Assembly: GCF_006345805.1 (NCBI RefSeq)
Contig: NC_043002.1
Coordinates: 94,116,001-94,180,000 of the forward strand
Direction: 5' to 3'
Length of the DNA stretch: 64,000 bases
Source: Octopus sinensis
Lineage: Eukaryota
This document shows positions 11,170 through 24,399 of the stretch, piece by piece. Position numbers and translations under genes: made by a program. The notes under the pieces were generated by a model, which worked only from the letters and a program-made list of their open reading frames with translations, was not told where the DNA came from and made no database searches. Position 1 is the first letter of the stretch, and each line of letters starts with the position of its first letter.

Positions 11170-12845
11170 CACTGATTAATAAAATTTTTTTTTTGCTCTG
11201 AGGCAAGGATGTGAATAGGTGTTTTTTTTTTACTAATTTTGATATTGTGAATTCAATTTTCTGAATACTTTTGCTCTATCACCTTTAGTTTGTTTTGCTT
11301 TCGCATATCCCATTTTAAGTATACTGCATATAAATTCAAAATATAACATGTTTATTTCATCTGTTACAAAGGCATATTACAAAAAAAAAAAAAAAAGAAA
11401 TGAAAAAAATCAATCATAGATACAGAACATTGATGGAACTAAATTACTTGAATAATACAATACACACAAATCAGAGTACAGTAGACAGAAGTGAGTTTTT
11501 TGGATGATCTTGTGTACGTTGCCTCCGGGATGTCACGCAAGAGCATCCACCAAAAGTTCCCCATTATGCTGGGGTTCCACTTGCCTTGGTAGTTGCTCTC
11601 CATCTTAGTAATATCTTGGTGAAATCTTTCTCCTTGCTCATCATTCACTGCTCCGAGCTTCGGAGGGAAGAAGTTGAGGTGGGAATGGAGAAACTGAGTT
11701 TTGAGTGACATTCGGCATTTCATATCCTCAAGACTTCTCGATACACTCTTGGTAATCTAGTACCTGTGTGCTACCAAGGAAACCATGGCAGACTGATTTA
11801 AAAGCTTCTTATGCTCTCAGTTCCTTTAAGGTAAGCTTCTCAAAGTCCTTATCCTTCAGCACCTCTTGGATCTGAGGTCCGGCGATGATGCCCTCCTCAA
11901 GCTTAGCAGAACTCAGAGCTGGGAACAGAGTGCACAAGTGTTGGAAGCCATTTTTATCCATGGCCTTCACGAAATTCTTCCTAAAACCAAGCTTAATACG
12001 AAGAGGAGGAAGCAGCACCTTGTTCATGTTCACCAGAGGATTTTCTTGGACATTGTGTTCACCATGCACGAAAGTGCTCTTAGATTCCCAGTCCTTCTGC
12101 TTGTAGTGCTTGGATACAGCCCGGCTGTCTCAGAGACAGAAAAATCAACAGTACTTTGTGAAACCCGCTTGCATACCCATAAGGAGCCCAATAACCTTGA
12201 GGTCTTGAGGTCCCCGCAGAGACTCCACTGGTACTGGTTGTACTAGACAGCTTCCAAAAGGAGCTCCATATTGTCATACGACTCCTTCAAATGGACTGAG
12301 TAGGCAATGGGAATGCTGGAGCATTTATTGTCATTGTGCAGGAGCACAGCCTTAAGACTTTGCTTGGAAGAGCCAATGAAAAGATGCCTGTCTGAGGGAA
12401 TGTGTGGGAAACCAAGGAAGGTGAACAGGCCAGAGACATTTGTGCAATAGCACAACCGGTTTTCCATATCGAAGAATGAAGCAAAGGTTCCGTGTCCTGA
12501 AATCGGTGCTCCTTACATCTGCTTTGACCAGGGTCTACTGCTTAAGTCGGGATGCCAGGAGCTCTGACTGCTAGTTAGGTAGATACAAATCTTGGGCAAG
12601 GTCATTCAGGTCTTCCTGTATTATCCAATGGAGTTCATTGCCGCTTGCTCCTGAATTAACAGAGACATTGTCTTCAGAAGAGATCGACTTGGCAGAATCT
12701 TCGCCTGAAGGCATTTCTTCATCTAATCAAGGAAGATCTTTATTTGGTGGGGGTGTAGGGACAGAGAGATCATCTGAGTGGGGAACAAGTCTCATAGTTG
12801 AGAAGAGGCATTGAAACCTGTTATATTTGCTAGATAAAAATAACA
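11170..12845 (-). mobile_element. CMC-Chapaev3 DNA transposon remnant with decayed transposase
   Basis: ORF pieces HLKESYDNMELLL, LCGDLKV..LLMGMQAGFTKYC, LLPPLRIKLG..KNFVKAM and MSLKTQFLHSHLNFFPPKLGAVNDEQGERFHQDI match Chapaev3 transposases; terminus CACTG at 11170 preceded by TTA (TWA-type target); 5' end lost. Confidence 0.85.
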
Positions 12846-12849
12846 ATCA

Positions 12850-12896
<47 letters not shown>

Positions 12897-12900
<4 letters not shown>

Positions 12901-13083
12901 GGGACAGACAACGGATTAAGTCGATATATCGACCCCAGTGCGTAACTGGTACTTAATTTATCGACCCCGAAAGGATGAAAGGCAAAGTCGACCTCGGCAG
13001 AATTTGATCTCAGAATGTAACGGCAGACGAAATACAGCTACGCATTTCGCTCGGCGTGCTAACGGTTCTGCCAGCTCGCTGCC
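12897..13083 (-). mobile_element. SINE family A (left arm of inverted duplication)
   Basis: Family A consensus on the minus strand, inside the duplicated hAT subterminal region. Confidence 0.85.
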
Positions 13084-13382
13084 TTTTTATATTATAAAGC
13101 AAATACTTGTATAAGCACCTGTATACATATTTTTTAAATCTATAAATTAGGGCTCTGGCCTGCGACTTTGGTGAGAAAATTTTATTCCGCCCATACATAG
13201 AAAAAGATTGTCCATGCCTGATCTAGATCACAGCATTCAAAAATAAGTGAGCTGGTTAGTAAGAGACATATTCGTTTATACTCTTTTACTTGTTTCAGTC
13301 ATTTTGCACCTTTTAGTCAAAGAAATCGACCTCAGGACTTATTCTTTGTAAGCCCGGTATTTATTCTATCGGTTTCTTTTGC

Positions 13383-13508
<126 letters not shown>

Positions 13509-13544
13509 ATATATATGTGCTGACTGGTAAATCTACAAGTTTTT

Positions 13545-13685
13545 TTTCATTCTCTCCTTGTTTATTTTTTCTTATTCCTTTCTGTTGAAGAGCGTAGGCT
13601 CGAAACGTAAAAGACATTTTCATTTCCCGAGCGCCAAACTAATACACTTGCTTGTAGTTCGTACACGTGTCTTCGTCTTTTGTTT
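13545..13685 (+). mobile_element. Penelope-derived short repeat with degenerate hammerhead-like motif
   Basis: CTTT-CTGTTGA-A-GAGC GTAG GCTC-GAAA-CG-TA-AAAG at 13578-13613; homologous copy at ~28985-29145. Confidence 0.5.
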
Positions 13686-13707
13686 TTCTATAAATTTTTA
13701 CTATACG

Positions 13708-13751
<44 letters not shown>

Positions 13752-14365
13752 TACACACACACAAACACACACACACATATATATATGTATATGTCTATGT
13801 GTGTGTTTCTGTCTGAATTTGTCCCCACCACCATTGTTTGATAACCGATGTTGGTGTGTTTACTTCCCTGTAATTTAGCGTTTCGGCAAAAGAGACCGAT
13901 AGAATAAATACCGGGCTTACAAAGAATAAGTCCTGAGGTCGATTTCTTTGACTAAAAGGTGCAAAATGACTGAAACAAGTAAAAGAATATAAACGAATAT
14001 GTCCCTTACTAACCAGCTCACTTATTTTTGAATGCTGTGATCTAGATCAGGCATGGACAATCTTTTTCTATGTATGGGCGGGATGAAATGCGTAGCTGTA
14101 TTTCGTCTGCCGTTACGTTCTGAGTTCAAATTCTGCCGAGGTCGACTTTGCCTTTCATCCTTTCGGGGTCGATAAATTAAGTACCAGTTACGCACTGGGG
14201 TCGATGTATCGACTTAATCCGTTTGTCTGTACCCTCTATAATATAAAAAAGGTTATTAAAATAAGGGTAAGAACAAAACAGTTTATTAATATATAACAAA
14301 TTGAGTTGAATCAGTGAAATAATTTATTCATTCTCATAGGGAGAAAATATCTATGAAACATTATT

Positions 14366-16555
14366 CTAATGGGATATTTGGGGTTGATGTTTCTTCACCA
14401 ACATCTCGATGTTTGTGGAAATGCTCGAGGTGGCTACACTCAAGTTATTTTCAATATGATTATCAGTTATTCTTGATCTTGCTTTGGATTTAGTAGATTT
14501 CATTTTTGAGAATAACTGCTCACATTTATTTGTGCTCCCAAAGAGTGACATTTTCTTTTTAGCAAAATCAACGATCAAGGGGTAATTTTCTCTAGGTAGG
14601 CTATATTATTATTAGTGAATGATTTCTCATTTCCCGTTTTAAATCTTCATTCCCTTGGAGTTCAATTAATTCCATCTGTAATTCCTCGGGAGCCTGGTTA
14701 ATATTGATATCAAAAGGTGAAGAAAATATACGTAGATTTGTTTCTTGTGATCGGAAATGCTGAAATCTATTATTGAATTTTTCGTTGGTCAATTTTTACC
14801 TCATCTGTACAATCAATTTTGCCATGAATTTACAATGTTGGGAAATGAAATGTATTACAATTTCTGAGCAGTCGTTTCCACAGTTGCATTTTGTTTTGAA
14901 ATGTTTTGATATGACTGTACAACTGATGAATGAATTGGGCTTCTTGCAATTTCAAATTAAGGTCATTAAGATATGAAATAAAGTCAACAAGAAAAGCAAG
15001 GTTATATATTCAGCCATCATCTCTCAATTCAGGCATAGACTTGCCTTTTATTTCCATGAATATAAAAAGTTCACTCCTCAGATCATAAAATTGTTTCAAC
15101 ATTTTTCCTTTGCTCAACAATAGTAAACCAAATTTCCATACTCTGCTTCGATATCTCCAAGAAATTCTTTAAACTGGCGGTGGTTCAAAGCTCGAGATTT
15201 TATAAAATTTATACTAAAAAAACCTTGGACATAATATGTTCAAATTTGAGTGACTTGGCGCACAAATTCTCCAGGTGAATCATGCAATGAAAAATGAATA
15301 AATCTTTTGTGTCTATATTCATAGAAACCAATTCCGAGCTGATTTTAGAAACTAAACCTGCATTACTACCAACCATAGCAAGAGCACCATCTGTTGATAA
15401 ACTATGAAAGTTTTTGAAATGTCGATTAAATCTGACCATTAACATTTTCAATTCTTGAAAAATATCCTCCCCATGGTGGTATCTTTCATTCTTCGAAGAC
15501 CAAGCATTTCTCCTGTAATATTTAAATTTTCATCAATTCTACGTACAAAAATCGCAAGTTGGGCCAAATTTGACATGTCAGTGCTCTCATCAATATCAAA
15601 GGAAAAATATTTAAAATGCGAAGAAAGTCTTTTCAAGCCTAATTCTACCTTAGTTGCAAGTTCGTCAATCCGTCTTGTTAAAGTTCTACAAGAGACACTA
15701 ATATTATCGATTTCTTATTTTTTTTTTTTTTTACCTGAACAAAAAATTTCAGCTACTGCTTGTAAGCATTATTTATACAAATTCCCCATCGGAATAATTT
15801 TTCGAATGTTTTGCAATTTTCTCACTAACGATATAACTAGCAAGAATAATATTTTCGAAGGCGGCAAGCTAGCAGAAACGTTAGCACGCCGGGCGAAATG
15901 CTTAACAGTATTTCGTCTGCCGCTACGTTCTGAGTTCAAATTCCGCCGAGGTCGACTTTGCCTTTCATCCTTTTAGGGTCGATAAATAAAGTGCCAGTTA
16001 CGCACTGGGGTCGATATAATCGACTTAATCCCTTTGTCTGTCCTTGTTTGTCCTCTCTGTGTTTAGCCCCTTGTGGGTAGTAAAGAAATAGGTATTTCGT
16101 CTGCTGTTACGTTCTGAGTTCAAATTCCGCCGAAGTCGACTCTGCCTTTCATCCTTTCGGGGTCGATAAATTAAGTACCAGTTACACATTGGGGTCGATG
16201 TAATCGACTCAATCCCTTTCTCCGTCCTTGTTTGTCCCCTCTATGTTTATCCCCTTGTGTGTAATAAAGAAATAAGAATAATATTTTCGGTATCTTCACG
16301 TCTCTTGACAAAAATTGTCCGCCACTCGTTCTTATAAAACTTTTATTAAATTTTCAACTTTTTGTTTCCTATGTTGACCTTAAAAACTTTCATAATGAGA
16401 TGTAGTGTCTTTTTACATTCTTTAATGACAGAAACTGATTTTGAGCAGAGTGAACACATTAGTTTGTCTTTGATTTATATGAAAAAATAATCATTGGTCC
16501 ACTTTTCTTGGAATACCGAGGATTCGTTATCCATTTTTCTCTGTTTTGCTGACAT
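14366..16555 (-). pseudogene. hAT transposase pseudogene (GTF2IRD2/EPM2AIP1/SPIN-like family)
   Basis: Starts MSAKQRKMDNESSVFQEKWTNDYFF..CSLC; contains FSFDIDESTD..QLAIFVR, TDGALAMVG, HCMIHLENLCAK, LQMELIELQ and SLFGSTNKCEQLFSKMK; many stops and frameshifts. Confidence 0.92.
15858..16273 (+). mobile_element. SINE family A, full length with duplicated internal unit, inserted in the hAT transposase
   Basis: 16-bp TSD AAGAATAATATTTTCG at 15842-15857 and 16274-16289. Confidence 0.92.
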
Positions 16556-16859
16556 TTTAGGGTTGGATAAATCGAGGAAAAAATATAGATGGTGGTGATA
16601 AATAACGGAGCATATGTTTGAGTGTGAAATATAACATGTAAGTCCCATTCCTGGGACTTAAACAACAAAAAGATTGTGATTTAAATTTTTAACCTCCAAT
16701 CAGTCCGTACGTGTGAATGCGTGCGTGTGTGAGTGCGCGTGCGTGTATGGAAAAAGGTTTTCTCACAGAAAGGTATGCTATTAAAATAAATTATCTTTTC
16801 CATATCTTTTTAAAGTCATGCTGTCACCCTAATAAAATTCCGTACACATGCATTCACAC

Positions 16860-17073
16860 ACTGAGAGACAGACACACACACACACACACTCATTTACACA
16901 CACTCACCCCCCCACTCACGCACTCACACACACTCACGCACTCACACACACTCACGCATGCACACACATACATACACACTCACGCACGTATGCACACGCA
17001 CGTATGCACACTCACTCACGCATGCACACACATACATACACACTCCCACACTCACGCATGCACACACACGCAT

Positions 17074-17102
<29 letters not shown>
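16860..17102. repeat. Degenerate (CA)n/(CACG) microsatellite
   Basis: Read directly. Confidence 0.9.
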
Positions 17103-17105
<3 letters not shown>

Positions 17106-17411
17106 GATTATTCCACTTGTTGGGAAATCCCAAATTATTGTACGCATTCTCATACGATTGTTTCTTTCTGTTGTTAATAACATCTTCAGAGTTGACTAGT
17201 CATCTTCAGAGGTGACCTAGCGCACCTCTTTGCCTCTTCACTTCTCATCACCTCTATTGTGTATTTCTCCCTCTTAAGTACTAAACTAACCACTTCATAT
17301 AATCGTTTCTTAGAAAGCCACTCATCGGAATTCCCGTAGTATTCACATTATTTGATCTGCTGACAGCGACTTCTCATGAACCACATCGAGCTTATCCTGA
17401 TTGACAGAGAG

Positions 17412-17752
17412 TGGAGGCGCAATGGCCCAGTGGTTAGGGCAGCGGACTCGCGGTCGATGTGAGTGTTTATTGAGCGAAAACACCTAAAAGCTCCACGAGG
17501 CTCCGGTGATCGCTGCTGTACTCTTTCACCACAACTTTCTCTCACACTTACTTCCTGTTTCTGTTGTACCTGTATTTCAAAGGCCCGGCCTTGTCACTCT
17601 CTGTGTCACGCTGAATATCCCTGAGAACTACGTTAAGGGTACACGTGTCTGTGGAGTGCTCAGCCACTTACACGTTAATTTCACGAGCAGGCTGTTCTGT
17701 TGATTCGGATCAACCGGTACCCTCGTCGTCGTAACCGACGGAGTGCTTCCAG
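17412..17752 (+). mobile_element. tRNA-derived SINE family D (GGAGGCGCAATGGCCCAGTGGTTAGGGC head)
   Basis: Clear A box TGGCCCAGTGG; B-box region appears deleted; tail GTAACCGACGGAGTGCTTCCA. Confidence 0.65.
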
Positions 17753-17885
17753 AGATTGACAGAGACTATCAAAAATCACGAATCCCCTCATTTCTTCCTT
17801 TCTAAACCATGTATACCAGTAAATTAAAGCTCAGTTTTAATGAGGTTACCATGATTTACCAAAATCATAATTGATATTGTTCTTA

Positions 17886-18115
17886 TTTCTTTATTGCCCA
17901 CAAAGGGCTAAACATAGAAGGGACAAACAAGAACAGACAAAGGGATTAAGTCGATTACATCGACCCCCAGTGCGTAACTGGTACTTAATTTATCGACCCC
18001 GAAAGGATGAAAGGCAAAGTCGACCTCGGCGGAATTTGAACTCAGAACGTAGCGGCAGACGAAATACCGCTAAGCACTTCGCCTGGCGTGCTAACGATTC
18101 TGCCAGCTCACCGCC
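17886..18115 (-). mobile_element. SINE family A
   Basis: Consensus match; followed by (TATG)n to ~18400. Confidence 0.88.
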
Positions 18116-18593
18116 TTGTATGTATGTATGTATGTATGTATGTATGTATGTATGTATGTATGTATGTATGTATGCATGCATGTATGCATGTATGCATGCA
18201 TGTATGTATGTATGTATATATGTAGTATGTATGTATGTATGTATGTATGTATGCATGTATGTATGTATGTATGTATGTATGTATGTATGCATGTATGCAT
18301 GTATGTATGTATGCATGCATGTATGTACGTATGTATGTATGTATGTATGTATGCATGTATGTATGCATGCATGCTTGCATAAATACATACATACATACAT
18401 ACATATTCATTTCTTTTTTAATTTTAACCTGAAGCTGTAGCTATGCTGGAGCAATACCTCGAGGGCTTTAGTCGCAGGAATCAACCCCAACACATATTTT
18501 TAAAGCTTTTTTCCCCTTAATCACTAAGTTACGGGGACATAAACAAACAAACACCGGTTATGAAGCAGTAAGACAAACAGAAACAGAAAGACA

Positions 18594-18808
<215 letters not shown>

Positions 18809-18810
18809 AG

Positions 18811-21240
18811 TCGTAAAGCACACCCATTACTGCCATCGACATCCAAGACGACGAGCCTACCCTCCGGTCGTCTTGGATGTCGATGACGACCAGAGGGTAT
18901 GTTGGTGTTGCTTTTCGACTGATAACAGGCCGGCCAGATTTCTTTCGACGTCTAGAGGTTTTCCTGGGAACGTCTCGACCTTTACTTTTAGCGGGGGATT
19001 GGAACGTTACCCTGGACACGCATCTAGACTACGTGGACAGAGATAGTAATAGGAGGGGATGCAAATACCTCAAAGACCTGCTCAGACGTTTCCAACTGTC
19101 TGACAGGTACCGACTGGACCACCCGAATGTGCCAATGTGGACATGGAGCAACCGCATCAGTGTATCCAGATCGTATTTAGAAAGAGTATTCTGTAGGACA
19201 GTGGATAAGGAAAGTGTAGGTTATCCACAATTCCATATAGCCAGCTACACAGACCACAAATTTGTAACTTGTACACTTGACTTAGATAAGACGCATAGGC
19301 AGGATACCGCTTACTTGAAGCTGAACGCGTCGTTCACGGCACGCCAGGCTTAGGTGCCATCATCAACAACAAATGGTGGTATGCCCTAAAGAAAGCAATT
19401 AAAGCAGAATCGGTTAGGTATAGTAAGGCCCTAGCATTAGACCGAAATAGAATAGAGGGAGACGTACTGGCGGCGAGGTTGGCCCTTGACCAATACTTCA
19501 ACGCCAAACACGAAGGATGCATTGTCAGAGCTAGGATGCGTGCTCTGAGGAACGAAGAAGTTGGAGCCGCCCGAGAGGCCCGAGTAGCGGAGGCGCAACG
19601 AGGCACCAGAGCCACCATTAGGTCCCTGACAGATGAACAGGGGCGCGAATTATTCGAGCCTGAAAGGATGTGTAAAGCCTTTCAACAACACTTTGCCCGA
19701 CTGTTCGGGACAACTGGTTGGTCAGAACGCAGTATGGACTTTAGTGTCTACCTGCATGGCCTGCCACGACTCTCAGCAAGAGAGGCGGAGTGTTATGAAA
19801 GACCCATCACAGTCACGGACGTACGAGATGCGATGGCAGGCTGCGCAGGAGACAAGTCACCAGGCTTTACAAAGTTTATTGATATATGCCAGACTTGTTT
19901 GGAGGCATCTTGGCAGCTGTCTACTGCAACTGGCAGCAAAACTGGAGTATCCCCATCTTTGTAAAGCGAGGAGCGGTGGCACTGCAAAAGAAAGATCCGA
20001 ACAAGGGGAACGTCATAGATAACTTCAGGCACATTACCCTGCTCAACGCAGATTTGAAAATTTTGGGCAGGGTGTTAACCAAGGGGTTGGCGCTTGTCAT
20101 CGAGAAACTAGTCGACAAGGCGCAAACGTGTGCCGTGCCGGGTAGAAGTATCCATGACAACCTCCATCTGATGCGCTAAATCATAGAAAGGATAATTAAG
20201 GAACCTGGCATAGGTGCGGCGCTGATCAATTTGGATCAATCGAAAGCTTTCGATAGAGTAGACCACCACTACTTGGAGGCTGTCCTTAGAGCGGCTGGTT
20301 TCGTTCCCATCTTCCGCGGTTGGATCGCTGCCTTATACAGCGTCATCTGCTCGGTAGTTCGCGTCATCTATCCAGACCATTTAACATCATGCATTCGGTT
20401 CGTCAAAGATGCCCCCCTTTCATCGCTTCTGTATGTATTGACTCTTGAAAAACTACTGCGGAAGCTGGCAACGCTAAGGGGCATCCCACGGGAGCTGGGA
20501 TGCGGGAGGAGCGTGTTCGCATACGCCGACGACGTCACCGTTATAGTGTCTAGCCACAAGCACATCGACCTGATCGGTGAGACACTAAAAGAATACGAAG
20601 CGGTAACGGGAGCAAAAATTATCCGGAAAAAGTCAGTGGGCTTGCGGCTCGGCACCTGGAGAAGCAAGCCCATGCCATTCAACAGCGTCTCCATCGTGGG
20701 ACGCTGGACTGACGGACTGGTTAAACTGCTCGGGGTCTGGTTCGGTCCGGACCTCCAAATGGAAAAGAACTGGGGCAAAATGACGATTAGAGTGGCCACT
20801 CTCACCCAGAAATGGGCCGAGAGGAAGCTGTCCCTAAAAGGTCGAGCGGTTATGGCGAACGTGTACATCGCATCCGTCATCGAATACCGTTTGACCGTCG
20901 TGCCTTGTTCCGACCCTACCATCACCAAACTGGAACGCATTCTCTTCCGCTTCCTGTGGAAAGGTCATTTTCCGATGGTCAGGCGATCAAAAGGGATCGT
21001 GGAAAAGGGATCGTCTGGCCATTTTCCGATGGTCAGGTGATCCGTTTGCTCCCAACACCCGTTAAAAGGAGGGCTGGGCATGCTGTGATTGATGATGCGC
21101 AGACACGCGTTGAGACTGCGACATTTCTGGCTCTACGTAGACGACGGTGAACAGGTGTGGTCGCCTTTTGTGAGGCGCACTTTCCCCCACCTCGTTTCCA
21201 TGACCGAACTGCGGTCGTGGATCAAAAAGAGGCCACCCTT
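18811..21240 (+). mobile_element. Tx1/L1-clade LINE ORF2 remnant (APE endonuclease plus reverse transcriptase)
   Basis: [21 protein letters not shown] (APE); VALLQKK-like region, FRHITLLNADLKI, GRSIHDNL, DQSKAFDRVDH, YADDVTV, LSLKGRA and KGGLG (RT and thumb); multiple frameshifts; truncated at both ends. Confidence 0.92.
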
Positions 21241-22209
21241 TATATACGCATGTCATTTATACATTTTGTATTTGATCAGTCCTTCTTGCAATCAGCTTTT
21301 ACTGTGTCTGTGTGTTAGAGCTTTTTTCGTCTTTATTGAACTATTTAATTTCCCTTTCAGTTATACCCTTTTTAATTTGTCATGTTCGGGCTCTGTTGAT
21401 TCTATTTATCTAATTTCTCTTTCTATTATACCTTTTCTAATTTGCTACCCACCCCCTTTATTTCAAATAACAAAACGCTAAATGATGCCACATCACGCAT
21501 GCATATATACAGATATGTTATAAACATACCTTACTCTCGTTTTCTATCTACGTTTTTTCCTTCTATTTAGCCTTCTCTTTAGCCTTATTCTCTCTCTTTA
21601 TTTTCTCCCATAGCACCAATGCCAACCCCCTCTCATGTATTAAACTTAATTTTAATTAATCAATTAATTAAATTATTTTGTTCTGTGGTACTCATTTGCC
21701 TTGATATGAATTTCACTTCTTAAATCATATCATCATTTTAATTCTATTCTAACATCCTATATCTGATAAGGTGTTTGTAATTCTGCATATTCCTTTATAC
21801 AGGTTCATACGAATTTTCACTATCCAATTTTTAAAATTTTCGTATATTTTTCTGCTACGGTCAATCGTTTTTATTCAACAGATACTCGATATTTTGAAAA
21901 GTAATTGCCAAGTCAGCTTTAAATGTTTCTTCGATGAACAGGTGATCATCATTGTTTATAAATACCTATAAACATTAACGATACCACATACTAAACGTAC
22001 GTATATTGTCTGAATGCCAAGTGTTGCGGTTTATCGTCCGGGAAAATACTTTTAAACACGTATAGTGTTAAAAAGCGACATACTTTAGATTTAGGCGAAA
22101 CGAAATCGCTCAAGGAGACACCTGAGCGGTAGTTATGTAATTCTTTGTAATTGCAGCTTATCAATATCGGGCATTCGTGTCAATTTCGTTTTTGAAGTGA
22201 TTCGAGTAC

Positions 22210-22630
22210 TGTGTGGATGTGTGGAAAGGTTCGCAACCCAACCATTTTGTTCCGGATTGTGTCCTACTGCATGGCACCTTGGGTAAGTATCTTCTACTAT
22301 AGTCCCGAGCCAACAAAAGCCTTGTGAAGGGGTTTGGTAGACGGAAACTGAAGGAAGCTTGTCATGTAGGAAGCTCGTGTGTGTGCGTGTGTGTGTATGT
22401 ATGTGTGAGTGTGTGTCTTTGGTTTTTCTTGATCACCCTACCACCGCTTGACAACCGGCGTTGGTGTGTTTACATCCTCCTAACGTGGCGGTTCGGTGAA
22501 AGAGATCGATAGAATGAGTACCAAGCTTAAAAACGAAGTACCGGGGGCGATTCGCTCGACTAAAGTTCTCTAAGATGGTGCTCCACCATGGTTGAAATCT
22601 AATGACTGAAACAAGTAAAAGGTAAAAGAT
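22210..22630 (+). mobile_element. SINE family B, diverged
   Basis: GGCACCTTGGGTAAGT...GACGGAAACTGAA...ATGACTGAAACAAGTAAAAG blocks retained. Confidence 0.7.
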
Positions 22631-22749
22631 ATATAGCTTTACCTGTATAAATGCTTGGTTTTCTTCTGTTTTTAATCATTTAAATTCTTCCTCTTAGGAA
22701 GGAACTGGTTTCTAACAAAGATACAAAGCTCCGTCGTTGGAATGTAGAT

Positions 22750-23960
22750 AACAAAAACAATGTCACATTTTACACCTGAGAAAATTCTTGCGTATTGTAG
22801 ATTGTGTTTGTAATGGTTGATTTCTTTGTTTGAAAATCCAGACTGTCAGTTAGATATTTGCTCACAAAACCAAGTGCATCAATCATTATTGGTATAAATG
22901 TAAATTTGTAATCTGAATATAGAAGCTGGAAGTTTCGAAGCAGTTGTCCATAGTAATCCTTTTCCTCTTTGATTTTCAAAGAGATATTCACATCAGGAGG
23001 ACAGCTGACCTTTATAATGGTACATACTTTTTCTTGTTTGTCTCAAATAACAATTTCCAGCCTGTTATGCTTACATTCGACAATTGTTTTGGTGGGAATG
23101 TTCCACCAGTATTCATTCTATTGATGTTTGTGTATGCATTCAATAACAGAAGGATTTGCTATATTTATTCCACGTTAGCTTTTTTTTTTTTGATGGCATG
23201 GAATATTATTTTTGCGACAGCATCGTGTTGCATACGGCATCGTGTTGCATACGGCATCGTGTTGCATACGGCATCGTGTTGCATACGGCATCGTGTTGAC
23301 ATTTTTGGACAGCTGCTAATCACGTATGTGGTGTATTCCAAGAGACATGACATAAGCCAAATTTTCGGTTGCATTCTGGTACTTCACTATCAAGGGCTTC
23401 ACTATCTCTGTTGTTTATTAGATATTTCGTAATCATTTCCTGTTCTTGGATTGCAAATGCATAGCCTTCGAAGTTTGATGTAATGTAGCGGTCACAGGTT
23501 CAAGAGAGTCTACGCTTCATGTCGATATTGTCGTCTTCTTAGAGTCTTCGGGAAACATACCTATGCATAATCTTTTTTTGTACTCTGAGTATTTCACATT
23601 CAGGCCTTCTTTGAGGCATGTTTGTCAGGTTGTTTTGGGGTTATATCGGAAGTAATCAAGAAGAGAATAATTGCCGTGGATCTCGTTGCAAACGAGTAGG
23701 ATATTGTTCTCTTCAGTTTTCATCACTAAGTTAATGTATATATTTTTGCTGCTGTTGTTTAGTAAGTGCTGTCTGAGAGAGACTATACGACATTCGAAGG
23801 CAGTCTGTACTGATCTCAAGCCTCTGCCATCTTTTATCTCTTCTTAGGTAGAGCCAGTCGATATCCCTATTCTCGTGGAGATTTTCCAGTTGATGTCAGT
23901 ATCTTGCGGATTTTAACTTCAATGTAGTGGATTTCCTCTACAAATCATGAGGTATTCCAA
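22750..23960 (-). mobile_element. R4/Dong-like (RLE) non-LTR retrotransposon 3' remnant
   Basis: YVISSCPKMS..HDAVAK (CCHC region), NKPDI-like region and YGQLLRNFQLLYSDYKFTFIPIMIDALG (restriction-like endonuclease C-terminus); stops and frameshifts. Confidence 0.75.
23220..23298. repeat. 17-bp tandem repeat (GCATCGTGTTGCATACG) x 4.6
   Basis: Perfect units inside the R4-like remnant, at the HDAV codons. Confidence 0.95.
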
Positions 23961-24306
23961 GTGTTGGAATCTGCACTGGTACTGCCAATGCACTGTAGGA
24001 TATCTTGTAAAGGAGAGTTCCGACCGTCATATTTTACTAAGTCTGACATAATATTCTCGGTCCACTCTATCTTTATTCACAGTACCTTTGTATGATATGT
24101 TTTCATCAACGCTAGGTACTTATAATATTCTTTGTGTGGGACAGGAGAAATAGTTAGCCTATTGATGCACAGGTTTTGAGTCTGGGGGACTGATTTCCCC
24201 CGTTTAACAATCGAAAGTATACATACATGCATACACACACACACCACACACACACAGACAGATACACACGATGCGCGCGCACACACGCACACTCACACAC
24301 ACACAG

Positions 24307-24356
<50 letters not shown>

Positions 24357-24399
24357 AAATCTAGCTTGTAATTATATCCATCTCTTCACAGTCACACAT

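Larger units (their letters stand above)
14048..16650 (-). mobile_element. hAT (Charlie/Buster-type) DNA transposon, decayed
   Basis: Terminus CAGGCATGGACAA at 14048 next to ATCTAGAT (NTCTAGAN-type hAT target); encloses the transposase pseudogene; two SINE A insertions; other TIR not found. Confidence 0.85.

Noticed and set aside
18877-21040. Active LINE ORF2
   Set aside because: Fragmented over several frames with stops; ORF1 and the C-terminus are missing.
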